Positions 19,141-28,678 of a stretch of 64,000 nt of DNA are shown here, piece by piece. The notes beneath the pieces were generated by a model. That model worked only from the letters and a program-made list of their open reading frames with translations. It ran no database searches and was not told where the DNA came from. The stretch is from an uncultured bacterium (lineage in GTDB: Bacteria > Zixibacteria > MSB-5A5 > UBA10806), in contig CBEUCH010000001.1 in NCBI GenBank assembly GCA_965541585.1, forward strand, positions 393,460-457,459. Reading direction: 5' to 3'. The position numbers and the translations under genes were made by a program. Within the stretch, counting starts at the first letter, position 1. The number at the start of each line of letters is the position of its first letter.

Positions 19141-20776
19141 ACTCATAGTATTCAAGACCGTCGATGAGATGCCGGAGATGGCGGTCAGCCGTCAATCGAT
19201 GAGCTGGAATAAGACCGGCTCCTGGCGCTCATCCACTCCCGTCCACAGAGATCAATTACCGCCATGCAATTACAACTGTCCCGCGGGTGAAGATATCCGC
19301 GGCTATATGGAACTAGTGAAAGATAAGAAGATCAAGGAGGCCTTCGAACTGTTGACTCAGGCGAATCCGCTACCCGCAGTTTGTGGCAGGGTTTGTTATC
19401 ATCCCTGTCAGGCTGATTGTAATCGTCAAGGGTTCGATCTTTCCATCCGTATACGTCTGATAGAAAAATTCCTCGGGGACTGGGCGATCGACAATAAAGC
19501 CTCGCCGCCCGTATCAAAGAAAACGTCCAAAAAGATCGCAGTGATTGGGGCAGGGCCTGCCGGTCTGGCAGCTGCGTATTACCTGCGCAGGGAAGGGCTA
19601 TCAGTAACGATATATGATGAAAACCAGCTGCCCGGCGGAATTCTTCATTATGGCATCCCGTCATATCGGCTTGCAAAGGAAGTGCTGGCCGCCGAACTCT
19701 CAAGGATTCTGAGGGGAATAGAATTGAAATCAAATATGCGGTTGGGTTCCGATGTGGATGCAGGGCACCTGCTGGAATATGACGCAGTCTTTCTGGCTAC
19801 AGGTGCGCATCTTTCAAAGAGGATGAATATCGAAGGGGAAGATTTACCTGGAGTTGAAGCGGGCCTTGATTTCTTGAAAGAGGTGAACTCCGATGCCAGG
19901 ATCGATCTGAAAGATAAAAAGGTTGTTGTTGTCGGCGGCGGCAATACTGCCTGCGATGTTGCCCGCACGGCCTACCGCCTGGGCGGTGATGTAAGTTTGG
20001 TTTACAGGAGAACCGAAAAGGAGATGCCCGCTTTTGCAGATGAGATCGAGGATCTTAAATCGGAACCGGTAAAGACTGAATTTCTTGCAGCGCCGTTGAG
20101 GATAGAGAAAAACGACGATGGGACTCTCAAGATTGTTTTTTCGAGGATGAGACTCGGCGAACCGGATGAAACCGGCAGAGCCAGGCCCTTGCCGATAGAG
20201 GGATCGGATTTCTACTTGCAGGCAGATAAAGTATATTCCGCCATAGGGGAGGACCCTGATCTATCGTTCTTTCCCGAGGTACGGGTGGAGAGAAAAGACA
20301 TCTTTGATTTTTCAGGTGTGGATAGGCGATTGAGCAATAAACTTTTTGTCGGAGGAGACATTCTGCCCAATCCCAGGACCGTGCCTCATGCGGTAGGCTC
20401 AGGACGGCTGGCGGCTCTTAAGATTAGTGCATTCCTTAAGGGCGAGATCTTTAAAAAGCCGAGCGATATCGTCGAAATAGCGGGTCCGGATGACATAAAT
20501 AACGCCTATTTCACCTGTATCAACGCTAAGAAATGGGAAAAGAATATTATTGTCGATGGCCGGATTCCCGATACGGATGCGGCCGTTAAGGAGGCCAGCC
20601 GTTGTTTTTCCTGCGGCGTCTGCAACAAATGTGATAATTGCTACAATTTCTGCCCCGATATGGCGGTAATTAAAACCGAAAGCGGTTATCATGTAAGTCT
20701 CGATTATTGCAAGGGATGCGGTATCTGCGCTGAGGAGTGTCCGCGTGGATCATTGAAGATGGAGTGTGGTAGTTGA
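19133..20776 (+). CDS. 2-oxoacid oxidoreductase delta-like subunit fused with a GltD-type FAD/NAD(P) oxidoreductase
   Basis: Delta-type KTGSWR N-terminus, PPCxxxCPAG, CGRVCYHPC, GAGPAG, GGGNTA, C-terminal ferredoxin CNKCDNCYNFCP / CKGCGICAEECP. Confidence 0.85.
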   Translation: MSKLIVFKTVDEMPEMAVSRQSMSWNKTGSWRSSTPVHRDQLPPCNYNCPAGEDIRGYMELVKDKKIKEAFELLTQANPLPAVCGRVCYHPCQADCNRQGFDLSIRIRLIEKFLGDWAIDNKASPPVSKKTSKKIAVIGAGPAGLAAAYYLRREGLSVTIYDENQLPGGILHYGIPSYRLAKEVLAAELSRILRGIELKSNMRLGSDVDAGHLLEYDAVFLATGAHLSKRMNIEGEDLPGVEAGLDFLKEVNSDARIDLKDKKVVVVGGGNTACDVARTAYRLGGDVSLVYRRTEKEMPAFADEIEDLKSEPVKTEFLAAPLRIEKNDDGTLKIVFSRMRLGEPDETGRARPLPIEGSDFYLQADKVYSAIGEDPDLSFFPEVRVERKDIFDFSGVDRRLSNKLFVGGDILPNPRTVPHAVGSGRLAALKISAFLKGEIFKKPSDIVEIAGPDDINNAYFTCINAKKWEKNIIVDGRIPDTDAAVKEASRCFSCGVCNKCDNCYNFCPDMAVIKTESGYHVSLDYCKGCGICAEECPRGSLKMECGS

Positions 20777-21927
20777 AGAGGGTTATCTCCGGAAACGAGG
20801 CGGTCTCGGTAGCATTGAAGCTTTCCCGGGTACAGGTAATATCCGCCTACCCCATAACGCCTCAGACGACCATCGCAGAGAAGCTCTCGGAGATATGCGG
20901 CTCGGGGGAACTGGATGCCAGATTCGTCAAGGTCGAGTCGGAGCATTCGGCCATGGCAACACTGATCGGGGCGGCATCGACAGGAGCACGTACCTTTACG
21001 GCAACATCTGCGCAGGGTCTGGCATTGATGCAAGAGTTACTGTTCTGGGCCTCGGGGGCAAGGTTGCCAATAGTGCTGGTCGATGTCAACCGCGCTATGG
21101 CTGCTCCCTGGACAATCTGGTGCGACCAGACCGATTCAGTGGCGCAGCGGGATACCGGCCTTATGCAGTTTTACTGCTGGTCCAACCAGGAGATCTTAGA
21201 CAGTGTAATCTGCGCTTTCAAAATCGCCGAAGCGCTTTTGATACCATGTATGATCTGCTACGATGGCTTTTTCATCTCTCACACTCATGAGGCGGTGGAA
21301 ATTCCAGATCAGGATGAAATCGATAAATTCCTTCCCCGAAGAGAGGGGGGCAACCTGCTCGATACGAAGGACCCGCAGACCTTTTCGGGCGGCACCCTGC
21401 CTAATAATTTCATGGAGTTTCGCTATAAGCTCCAGAGATCATTTGAAAGGGCGCAGGAGGAAATTGACAATACATATGAAGAATTCGGGAATAAGTTCGG
21501 CCGTCAGTATAAAGGTATCAAGCCATATTTTATCGATGATGCCGATTCGGTACTCGTAGCTTCCGGCTCGGCGTCATCGACGGCTTTTCATACTGTACGA
21601 AACATGCGCAACGCGGGGAGGAAAGCGGGACTTTTAAGAATCCGGCAGTTAAGGCCCTTTCCGCAGGCTGAGTTTCTGTCGTTATTGAGACCGGACGTAT
21701 CGTATGGGATTCTGGATCGCAATCTCTCGCCCGGTGCAGGAGGTGTGTTCACCCAGGAAATAAGGGCGATTCTAAGTCGCAACGGAAGGCAAAACAGGGT
21801 GAGTGAATTCATAGCTGGATTGGGCGGAAGAGATATTACTGCGGAGAATATCGAGCTGATTTTTGACAGGCTGGCTGATAGCGAAATCGATAGATCGGAG
21901 ATACAATGGATCGGCTTGAAAGATTGA
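20773..21927 (+). CDS. 2-oxoacid:acceptor oxidoreductase alpha subunit
   Basis: AYPITPQT, VESEHSA, TATSAQG, GLGGRD. Confidence 0.9.
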   Translation: MKRVISGNEAVSVALKLSRVQVISAYPITPQTTIAEKLSEICGSGELDARFVKVESEHSAMATLIGAASTGARTFTATSAQGLALMQELLFWASGARLPIVLVDVNRAMAAPWTIWCDQTDSVAQRDTGLMQFYCWSNQEILDSVICAFKIAEALLIPCMICYDGFFISHTHEAVEIPDQDEIDKFLPRREGGNLLDTKDPQTFSGGTLPNNFMEFRYKLQRSFERAQEEIDNTYEEFGNKFGRQYKGIKPYFIDDADSVLVASGSASSTAFHTVRNMRNAGRKAGLLRIRQLRPFPQAEFLSLLRPDVSYGILDRNLSPGAGGVFTQEIRAILSRNGRQNRVSEFIAGLGGRDITAENIELIFDRLADSEIDRSEIQWIGLKD

Positions 21928-21977
21928 TTATAGAAAGCGTTTTGCGGATTTGGCCTTACTGAGGGTAACAGAATAAT

Positions 21978-22883
21978 ATGCCAGGATACGAGTTTTTTGT
22001 TGAAAGCGATTATTGCGGCCACATGGCCTGCCCGGGTTGCGGAGAGAAGATTATACTAAGACACATTCTCGGCTCCCTGGGGCCGGAGACTGTGATAGTA
22101 TCGCCGGCGGGTTGTGCTGCTGTTACTGATGGTGTCTTTCCGCACTCGGTTTCGCCGGTGCCATTCCTGCACGTGCCGTTCGGGGCCACTGCCTCGGCGG
22201 CTGCCGGTGTTCGCGCCGGGCTGGATATGTTAGGACGCCACGATGTAACAGTCCTGGCCTGGGCGGGCGACGGGGCCACGTTCGACATAGGTATGGGCCC
22301 ATTATCCGCGGTGGCGGAGAGAAATGAGAATATTCTATACGTCTGCTATGACAACGAGGCTTATATGAATACGGGCGTACAGCGCAGTTCGGCGACCCCT
22401 TTCGGAAGCTGGACCACAACCACCCCCGAGGGACAATTGAAAAAGGAGCCCAAGAAAAATATTGATTTTATATTGGCGTCGCATAAGATCCCGTATGTCG
22501 CTACATGCTCCCCCGCGTTCATCGATGATATGAAGTCCAAGACTGCCAGGGCAAAAGAGATGGCTGGATTCAGATTTCTTCATATATTTTCGCCATGCCC
22601 TCCCGGTTGGAAATCCGATCCCAAAGATAGTATTGCCATTGCGCGGCTGGCGGTGGAATCCAACGTCTTTCCGCTTTATGAGATCGAGGATGGGTCTCGA
22701 TACAAGGTGTCACATAAGTCTCAGCGGCTTCCGGTATCAGAATACCTGAAACTCCAGGGTAGATTCAGGTATCTTTCTCCGAAGGCTACGGAAATAATAC
22801 AGGCTGAGGTCGATCGATTCTATGATCTGCTGCTGATGCGTCAGGAAGCAAACCAACAATCCCGGACCGTATTGGAGGAATAA
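21978..22883 (+). CDS. 2-oxoacid:acceptor oxidoreductase beta subunit (TPP-binding)
   Basis: ACPGCG, GDGATFDIG, DNEAYMNTG, PCPPGW. Confidence 0.9.
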   Translation: MPGYEFFVESDYCGHMACPGCGEKIILRHILGSLGPETVIVSPAGCAAVTDGVFPHSVSPVPFLHVPFGATASAAAGVRAGLDMLGRHDVTVLAWAGDGATFDIGMGPLSAVAERNENILYVCYDNEAYMNTGVQRSSATPFGSWTTTTPEGQLKKEPKKNIDFILASHKIPYVATCSPAFIDDMKSKTARAKEMAGFRFLHIFSPCPPGWKSDPKDSIAIARLAVESNVFPLYEIEDGSRYKVSHKSQRLPVSEYLKLQGRFRYLSPKATEIIQAEVDRFYDLLLMRQEANQQSRTVLEE

Positions 22884-24217
22884 TGGGCAGGAAATTATCG
22901 GAGAAGGCCTTAATATACGATTGGAACAAGCGAAAGAGATTTAAATTCCGTCATAAGCGAAACCTTCAGCTCGATGATGAGACCTTAAGGGACGGACTGC
23001 AGTCGCCATCCATAACGGACCCCACTATTGAAGAGAAAATAGAATTGCTGGAATTGATGGAGCAGCTTCAAATAGACACCGCGGATATAGGATTGCCGGG
23101 TGCAGGCCCCAGGGCGCGCGCCGATATCACCACCATGGTTAAACATCTTATAGATAACAAGATGAAAATCACGCCCAACTGTGCGGTCAGAACGGTTAAA
23201 CAGGATATCACCCCCCTGATAGAGATTTCGCAGAAAATCGGTTATCCGATCGAGGCCTGTACGTTTATCGGATCTTCGCCCATCAGGCAATATGCCGAAG
23301 ACTGGACGCTGGATACAATGCTGAAGCTAACCGAGGAAGCGGTGAGCTACGCCGCCGGGAATGGATTGCCGGTGATGTATGTCACGGAAGATACTACCCG
23401 TGCCGATCCCGTGACACTTAAGAAACTTTACAGTACTGCCATCAATGCCGGCGCCAAAAGAATCTGCGTTTGCGACACTGTAGGCCACGCCACACCGATC
23501 GGCGTGTATCATCTGATGAAATTTATTAGAGATCTTGTCGACAAGCTGAATCCCAGGGTCAAGATTGACTGGCATGGCCATTCGGACAGGGGGCTTGCGA
23601 TTCCAAACAGCATGGCGGCCATAGCCCAGGGAGCGGATCGAATTCACGCCACCGCACTGGGTATAGGTGAGAGAGTCGGGAATACACCCATGGACGTGTT
23701 GTTGGTCAATCTGAATCTGGAAGGCATATATAAGAGGGACTTAAGCGCACTTGCCAGGTATTGCGAGCTGGTCTCGCAGGCCTGCGGGATTTCAGTGCCG
23801 ACGAATTACCCCGTAATGGGCAGGGATGCTTTTAGAACCAGCACGGGAGTACATGCCGCAGCAATCATCAAGGCTCAGAACAAAGGTGACGATTGGCTGG
23901 CCGATAGGATTTATTCAGGTGTCCCGGCCAGTATGGTCGGATTAAGGCAGGTAATCGAGATCGGATTCATGTCGGGAGTATCGAATATAGTATACTGGCT
24001 CAAGGTCAGGGGCATAGAACCCACAAAGCAGTTGGTTGATGAAATATTCAGGGCCGCCAAGCAACACAACCGGGTGTTGACCGAAGAGGAGATCGAGGAG
24101 CTAATAAAATTCCAATCTGACGAACAGAGGGTATTGGCCATAGATACTCTAAGTCAGTCGGATAATGAGATTAAACCGAAAAAAAGGCGCAAAGGGCGTA
24201 AGAAAAAGAAAACTTAG
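22883..24217 (+). CDS. DRE-TIM acyltransferase (LeuA/homocitrate/Re-citrate synthase-like) without regulatory domain
   Basis: DETLRDGLQ, EDTTRA, DTVGH, WHGHSDRG, GERVGN; basic C-terminal tail. Confidence 0.85.
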   Translation: MGRKLSEKALIYDWNKRKRFKFRHKRNLQLDDETLRDGLQSPSITDPTIEEKIELLELMEQLQIDTADIGLPGAGPRARADITTMVKHLIDNKMKITPNCAVRTVKQDITPLIEISQKIGYPIEACTFIGSSPIRQYAEDWTLDTMLKLTEEAVSYAAGNGLPVMYVTEDTTRADPVTLKKLYSTAINAGAKRICVCDTVGHATPIGVYHLMKFIRDLVDKLNPRVKIDWHGHSDRGLAIPNSMAAIAQGADRIHATALGIGERVGNTPMDVLLVNLNLEGIYKRDLSALARYCELVSQACGISVPTNYPVMGRDAFRTSTGVHAAAIIKAQNKGDDWLADRIYSGVPASMVGLRQVIEIGFMSGVSNIVYWLKVRGIEPTKQLVDEIFRAAKQHNRVLTEEEIEELIKFQSDEQRVLAIDTLSQSDNEIKPKKRRKGRKKKKT

Positions 24218-24418
24218 AACAAAACGGAGGCGACCATAATTTTCAAGCCGTTGGCTAACCCGACAATTTCCTCATATAAAAGTCTATGGGTATCCCGCCG
24301 GCACCTGTGGTCCGAAAGAAACCAGCGGCCTGTTCGGCGATCCGAATATCGATTGGCGATACCCGTGCAAGAATCTGGCAAACAAAGGCATCTATCATGA
24401 ACTATAAAAGAGGTTTTT

Positions 24419-26257
24419 ATGGCGTACCAACCGATTGAAAATTACGGCCTGATCGGAGATATGCTTACCGTTGCCCTGGTTGGGGTGAACGGCTCTATAG
24501 ACTGGCTTTGTTATCCTTATTTTGATTCCCCGAGCGTTTTTGCCGCCATACTCGATGATGAAAAAGGCGGGCGTTTTAAAATCTCGCCTTCCGCTTCCGA
24601 CGGGGTCACGTTTAAACAGTTCTACTGGCCGGATACCAATGTCTTGACCACCAAGTTCTTTTCCGCCGATGGAGTTGGCGAGATTCTCGATTTTATGCCC
24701 ATTAACTCATCCGGGAAAACCCAGAATGATCGTCCCTTGATTCGCAGAGTCTGCGTTCTGAGAGGAACCGTTTCTTTTCGAATGGAGTGTTATCCCGCGT
24801 TCAATTATGCGAGAGATCGACATCAAGTCTCAATCAAGCGCGGGGGAGCTATTTTCAATTCGAATAATCTGAGCCTGGAATTATCCGCCTCATGCGAGCT
24901 AAGACAGACGGATAATGGAGTCTTTGCCGAATTTACACTGAATGAGGGCGAGGTCACTTCCTTTGTTCTCAGAGAATTTCTGCCCGAGCCGGATGATTCT
25001 CCGCATTTCTCGCAAGAGGAGATTCAAAGGCTGTTTGATGACACGGTGGATTACTGGCAACGATGGATTTCGAGATGCACCTATACCGGTCGCTGGCGAG
25101 AGGTAGTATACAGATCAGCATTCGTGCTGAAGTTATTGACATTCGAGCCCACCGGCGCCATCGTGGCTTCCCCCACCTGCAGCTTACCTGAAATTATCGG
25201 CGGAGAACGCAACTGGGATTATAGATACACTTGGATTCGTGACGCTGCTTTCACGCTTTACGCCTTGCTCCGGATCGGATTTACGGAGGAAGCCGAAAAA
25301 TTCATGGGCTGGCTTGAAAAACGCTGCCAGGAACTCGATTTCGATGGCTCTCTGCAGATTATGTATACCATCAGCGGTGGCCATGAGATAAAGGAAGAGA
25401 TTCTGGACCATCTGGACGGGTACATGGGTTCCGGGCCGGTTAGGATTGGAAACGCCGCTTACAAACAGTTTCAGCTGGATATCTACGGCGAGTTGATGGA
25501 TTCGGTATATCTCTATAACAAGTATGGCGCGCCAATCTCGTATGACCTCTGGACCAAACTCAGGATGATTGTCGACTGGGTATGTGAGAATTCGCAACGA
25601 AAGGACTATGGCATCTGGGAGGTGAGGAGCGAGCCGAAACATTTTGTTTATTCCAAGCTCATGTGCTGGGTGGCGCTCGACAGGGGTCTTAGACTGGCTG
25701 ACAAGAGATCGTTTCCCGCCGATCGCAGCCGCTGGCTCAAATGCCGGGATTCGTTGTATGAAGAGATCATGGCTAAAGGCTGGAATCCCCAGAGGAAAAC
25801 ATTTGTCCAGCATTACGGCAGTGATAGTCTCGATGCCGCCAATCTTATAATGCCTCTGGTTTTTTTCGTCGCACCCAACGATCCCAGGATGCTCATGACA
25901 CTGGATGCGATCAGCAAATCCCCGGCAGAAGGCGGGCTCCTGTCCGGCAGCCTGGTTTACAGGTATGATATTGATAAGACAGGTGATGGTCTTGAAGGGA
26001 AGGAGGGGGCTTTCAATATCTGCACCTTCTGGTTGGTGGAGGCATTGACGCGGGCAGGAAGATCCGATGCAAAACGTCTTGATATGGCGAGAGTCATATT
26101 TGAAAGGATGCTTGGATATGCCAATCATCTGGGTCTTTATGCCGAAGAAACTGCTCAAAATGGAAAGGCCACCGGGAACTTCCCTCAGGCTTTCACTCAT
26201 CTATCTCTCATTAGCGCGGCTTTTAATCTCGACAGGGCGCTCAGTGCCAGCAGATGA
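24419..26257 (+). CDS. Glycoside hydrolase family 15 (trehalase/glucoamylase-like)
   Basis: [47 protein letters not shown]. Confidence 0.92.
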   Translation: MAYQPIENYGLIGDMLTVALVGVNGSIDWLCYPYFDSPSVFAAILDDEKGGRFKISPSASDGVTFKQFYWPDTNVLTTKFFSADGVGEILDFMPINSSGKTQNDRPLIRRVCVLRGTVSFRMECYPAFNYARDRHQVSIKRGGAIFNSNNLSLELSASCELRQTDNGVFAEFTLNEGEVTSFVLREFLPEPDDSPHFSQEEIQRLFDDTVDYWQRWISRCTYTGRWREVVYRSAFVLKLLTFEPTGAIVASPTCSLPEIIGGERNWDYRYTWIRDAAFTLYALLRIGFTEEAEKFMGWLEKRCQELDFDGSLQIMYTISGGHEIKEEILDHLDGYMGSGPVRIGNAAYKQFQLDIYGELMDSVYLYNKYGAPISYDLWTKLRMIVDWVCENSQRKDYGIWEVRSEPKHFVYSKLMCWVALDRGLRLADKRSFPADRSRWLKCRDSLYEEIMAKGWNPQRKTFVQHYGSDSLDAANLIMPLVFFVAPNDPRMLMTLDAISKSPAEGGLLSGSLVYRYDIDKTGDGLEGKEGAFNICTFWLVEALTRAGRSDAKRLDMARVIFERMLGYANHLGLYAEETAQNGKATGNFPQAFTHLSLISAAFNLDRALSASR

Positions 26258-26534
26258 GTTTCAGAGGCAAATCCTTTTGAATATCATCGGATTTATGTTC
26301 AGTAAGTTATTGTCTTTTGAGAGATAAATGAAACCGGAATTGCACATTTTTGATACCGCATCGGCTTTCGGCATCTCTGATAAAGGAATGAATCTCTTTT
26401 AGCTCAATACCTTTCTTTTCTGTACGAGTTCGGTCAGTCATAAATTTTTAGCTGTTGAAAAGGTTTAACATAGATGGTATTGTCATGCGGTGGTCGAGAG
26501 ACGAAAAGGTTGCCAGGTCTGATAGGAGAGAATA

Positions 26535-27281
26535 ATGGAGATCTATACTGCTAAGCTGATTCTTTATACGTTCGGAATCTTCGCGATTGCAATAATCGCT
26601 GCTCTTCCTCCTCTCTTCAAGAAATGGAGCGACAGGCAGTTGCATCTATTCATAGCCTTCGGTGCCGGAGTATTTCTGGGGGCCATATTCCTGCATCTCC
26701 TGCCGGATGCCATGGCAGGGGATTCGTCCAATACGGCTAGCGGGATGATACTTCTGGGTTTTTTGATTATTCTGCTGGTGGAGAGAACTCTACTGCGGAG
26801 TCACAAATTACATTGCGGCAATGCCTGTGCTCACAATCATGAAATGGTCGGTATAACTGCCTTTATCGGACTTTCGATTCATTCCCTGACCGCCGGTTTC
26901 GCTCTCGGCGTCGGGATGACTGAGCCGGAACTGGCACTGATAATATTTATCGCTATCATCGCGCACAAGGCAACCGCTGCATTCTCGCTTTCCACCATGT
27001 TTCGGCTGGCCGAATTTTCCAAGAAAAAGACTCTGAGCCTCATCCTCTCTTTTTCCCTGATGACGCCGCTTGGCGCTTTAATCTCTCTTCCATTCATTTC
27101 ATCATTGAGTGGTCTCAGCTTGGCGATTCCAACCGGCCTCACGGCAGGAACGTTTCTCTACGTGGCCACACTGGATCTTTTGCCAGAGGCTTTCCACAGT
27201 GACAGGGAGCGGGTATCAACATTCGTCTGGCTGATATTGGGTGTATTCGTAATGTTCTTGATCAAATTGATCGGGGCTTGA
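26535..27281 (+). CDS. ZIP family metal transporter
   Basis: Multiple TM helices, HLLPDA, His-rich loop, HSLTAG, AHK, GTFLYV..DLLPE. Confidence 0.9.
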   Translation: MEIYTAKLILYTFGIFAIAIIAALPPLFKKWSDRQLHLFIAFGAGVFLGAIFLHLLPDAMAGDSSNTASGMILLGFLIILLVERTLLRSHKLHCGNACAHNHEMVGITAFIGLSIHSLTAGFALGVGMTEPELALIIFIAIIAHKATAAFSLSTMFRLAEFSKKKTLSLILSFSLMTPLGALISLPFISSLSGLSLAIPTGLTAGTFLYVATLDLLPEAFHSDRERVSTFVWLILGVFVMFLIKLIGA

Positions 27282-27633
27282 GGGTGCCGGGCTGTCAGGA
27301 AAACCGACCCCGATAGCTGCGATAAATAGATAATTAATGCAGCCGTTTTGAATCCTATCAATCCGGATCTATAGCCTTCTTTCGAATCTGGGAGAATTTG
27401 CTCTCAGAAAGGATAATCTCCGAAGATAAATTATTTCTCTAATTGTGACTTTGCTGAGAAAAATACGAAAAAGCGCAGCTGTTTCTTTATGATATCTTTT
27501 TGATTACCGGGCCGCGATCCGGATAAGAAATCGTACTCTAATTTATCCGTTTCTTTCCCCGCATAGCGGTCAGGCACGTCTTTCAGATTAATTAATAGCC
27601 TGGATGTATGATGCCAACTTCGAACATATCTCG

Positions 27634-28413
27634 CTAAGTCTGTGGTGCCGGTATCGCTGTCGACCTGATCCGATAGGCAATAATGGCGGCCAGGCTCAAC
27701 ATTACGCCGATAAGTTGTGTCTGACTGAGATTGAAGATATAATTATGCGTTACATCACCCCTGAATATATCGTTAAGAGCTCTGAACAATAGATACGTCG
27801 TCAGGAAAAGCAAAAATATCTGTCCTGGGAATTTACGACGTTTTCGGACAATCAGAAAAATTATGAAAACAATTAGGCCGAAGAACGACTCGTAAAGCTG
27901 GGCAGGATGTACGAGATGCGAGACACCGTATTTTTGTGCCGCTAGACTCGTATCGGGAAATCGCACGCCGGTGAAAAAGTGAGTTTCTTTACCATAACAA
28001 CAGCCTCCCAGGAAACATCCAATTCTGGTCAGGCATATCCCCAGCGCCATTGGGCTGGCGGCAAAATCGGAGATATCCCAGAAGGGGAGGTTATTTAGTC
28101 TTATATATAAGATTCCACCCGCCAGCCCCAGAATTAACCCTCCGTTAACGGCGAATCCGCCAGGGCTTAAACTGAACATCATGGATAAATCCGATTCAAA
28201 TTGTGAGTAATTACTCAAAACAAAAAGTAAACGAGACCCCAAAATAGCAGTCACCTGGATTGAGATTATCAAGCCAAATAGCTTGTTTATGGAGATGTTC
28301 TTTCTCCTGTAGCTATAGATGAATAACAAAGAGCCAACGATAAAAGACAGACTGAGCATCAACAGATAGGATGGAATGGCTATCTCACCTATTTGGAATA
28401 AGATCGGTTTCAT
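27634..28413 (-). CDS. lgt: Prolipoprotein diacylglyceryl transferase (Lgt family, likely a paralogue)
   Basis: MKPILFQIG, GSRL, GGFAVNGG, RIGCFLGGCCYG, HPAQLYE, FRGD, SQTQ. Confidence 0.85.
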   Translation of the reverse strand: MKPILFQIGEIAIPSYLLMLSLSFIVGSLLFIYSYRRKNISINKLFGLIISIQVTAILGSRLLFVLSNYSQFESDLSMMFSLSPGGFAVNGGLILGLAGGILYIRLNNLPFWDISDFAASPMALGICLTRIGCFLGGCCYGKETHFFTGVRFPDTSLAAQKYGVSHLVHPAQLYESFFGLIVFIIFLIVRKRRKFPGQIFLLFLTTYLLFRALNDIFRGDVTHNYIFNLSQTQLIGVMLSLAAIIAYRIRSTAIPAPQT

Positions 28414-28607
28414 CTGTCAGGTCGCCCTATTATCTACCTATCTATACAATTCTTGAATGATCTTGTTGAGCTTGCTCATATTTGGTTATGTAGACTATAG
28501 TTCCCGACAAACCTCTGCTAAGGCATTGAGCATCGCTGGTGTTATCAAATTGATAAGCAGCAATTCAACCTCTCATCTTTGCAACTCAACACCCGGGCCA
28601 GGATCAG

Positions 28608-28652
28608 TCAAAAGAATAAACAGAAGCGGGGGACCCTGTTTTGGGGCCCCCG
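28608..28652 (-). terminator. Putative intrinsic terminator after the S8 protease gene
   Basis: Minus strand CGGGGGCCCC-AAAACA-GGGTCCCCCG followed by CTTCTGTTTATTCTTTT, about 27 bp after the stop. Confidence 0.55.
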
Positions 28653-28678
28653 ACAGCTTGAGGCGAGTGCCCGAGGAA

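Noticed and set aside
24305..24326. Resemblance to SRP RNA helix 8 (TGTGGTCCGAAAGAAACCAGC)
   Set aside because: The conserved CAGG/AGCAG loop and the TCC/GGA pairing are broken, and there is no long SRP rod.
25184..26200. Long antisense ORFs (338 aa here; also 56396-57616, 55470-56399, 3438-4235)
   Set aside because: They are shadows of well-supported + strand genes and carry no protein motifs.
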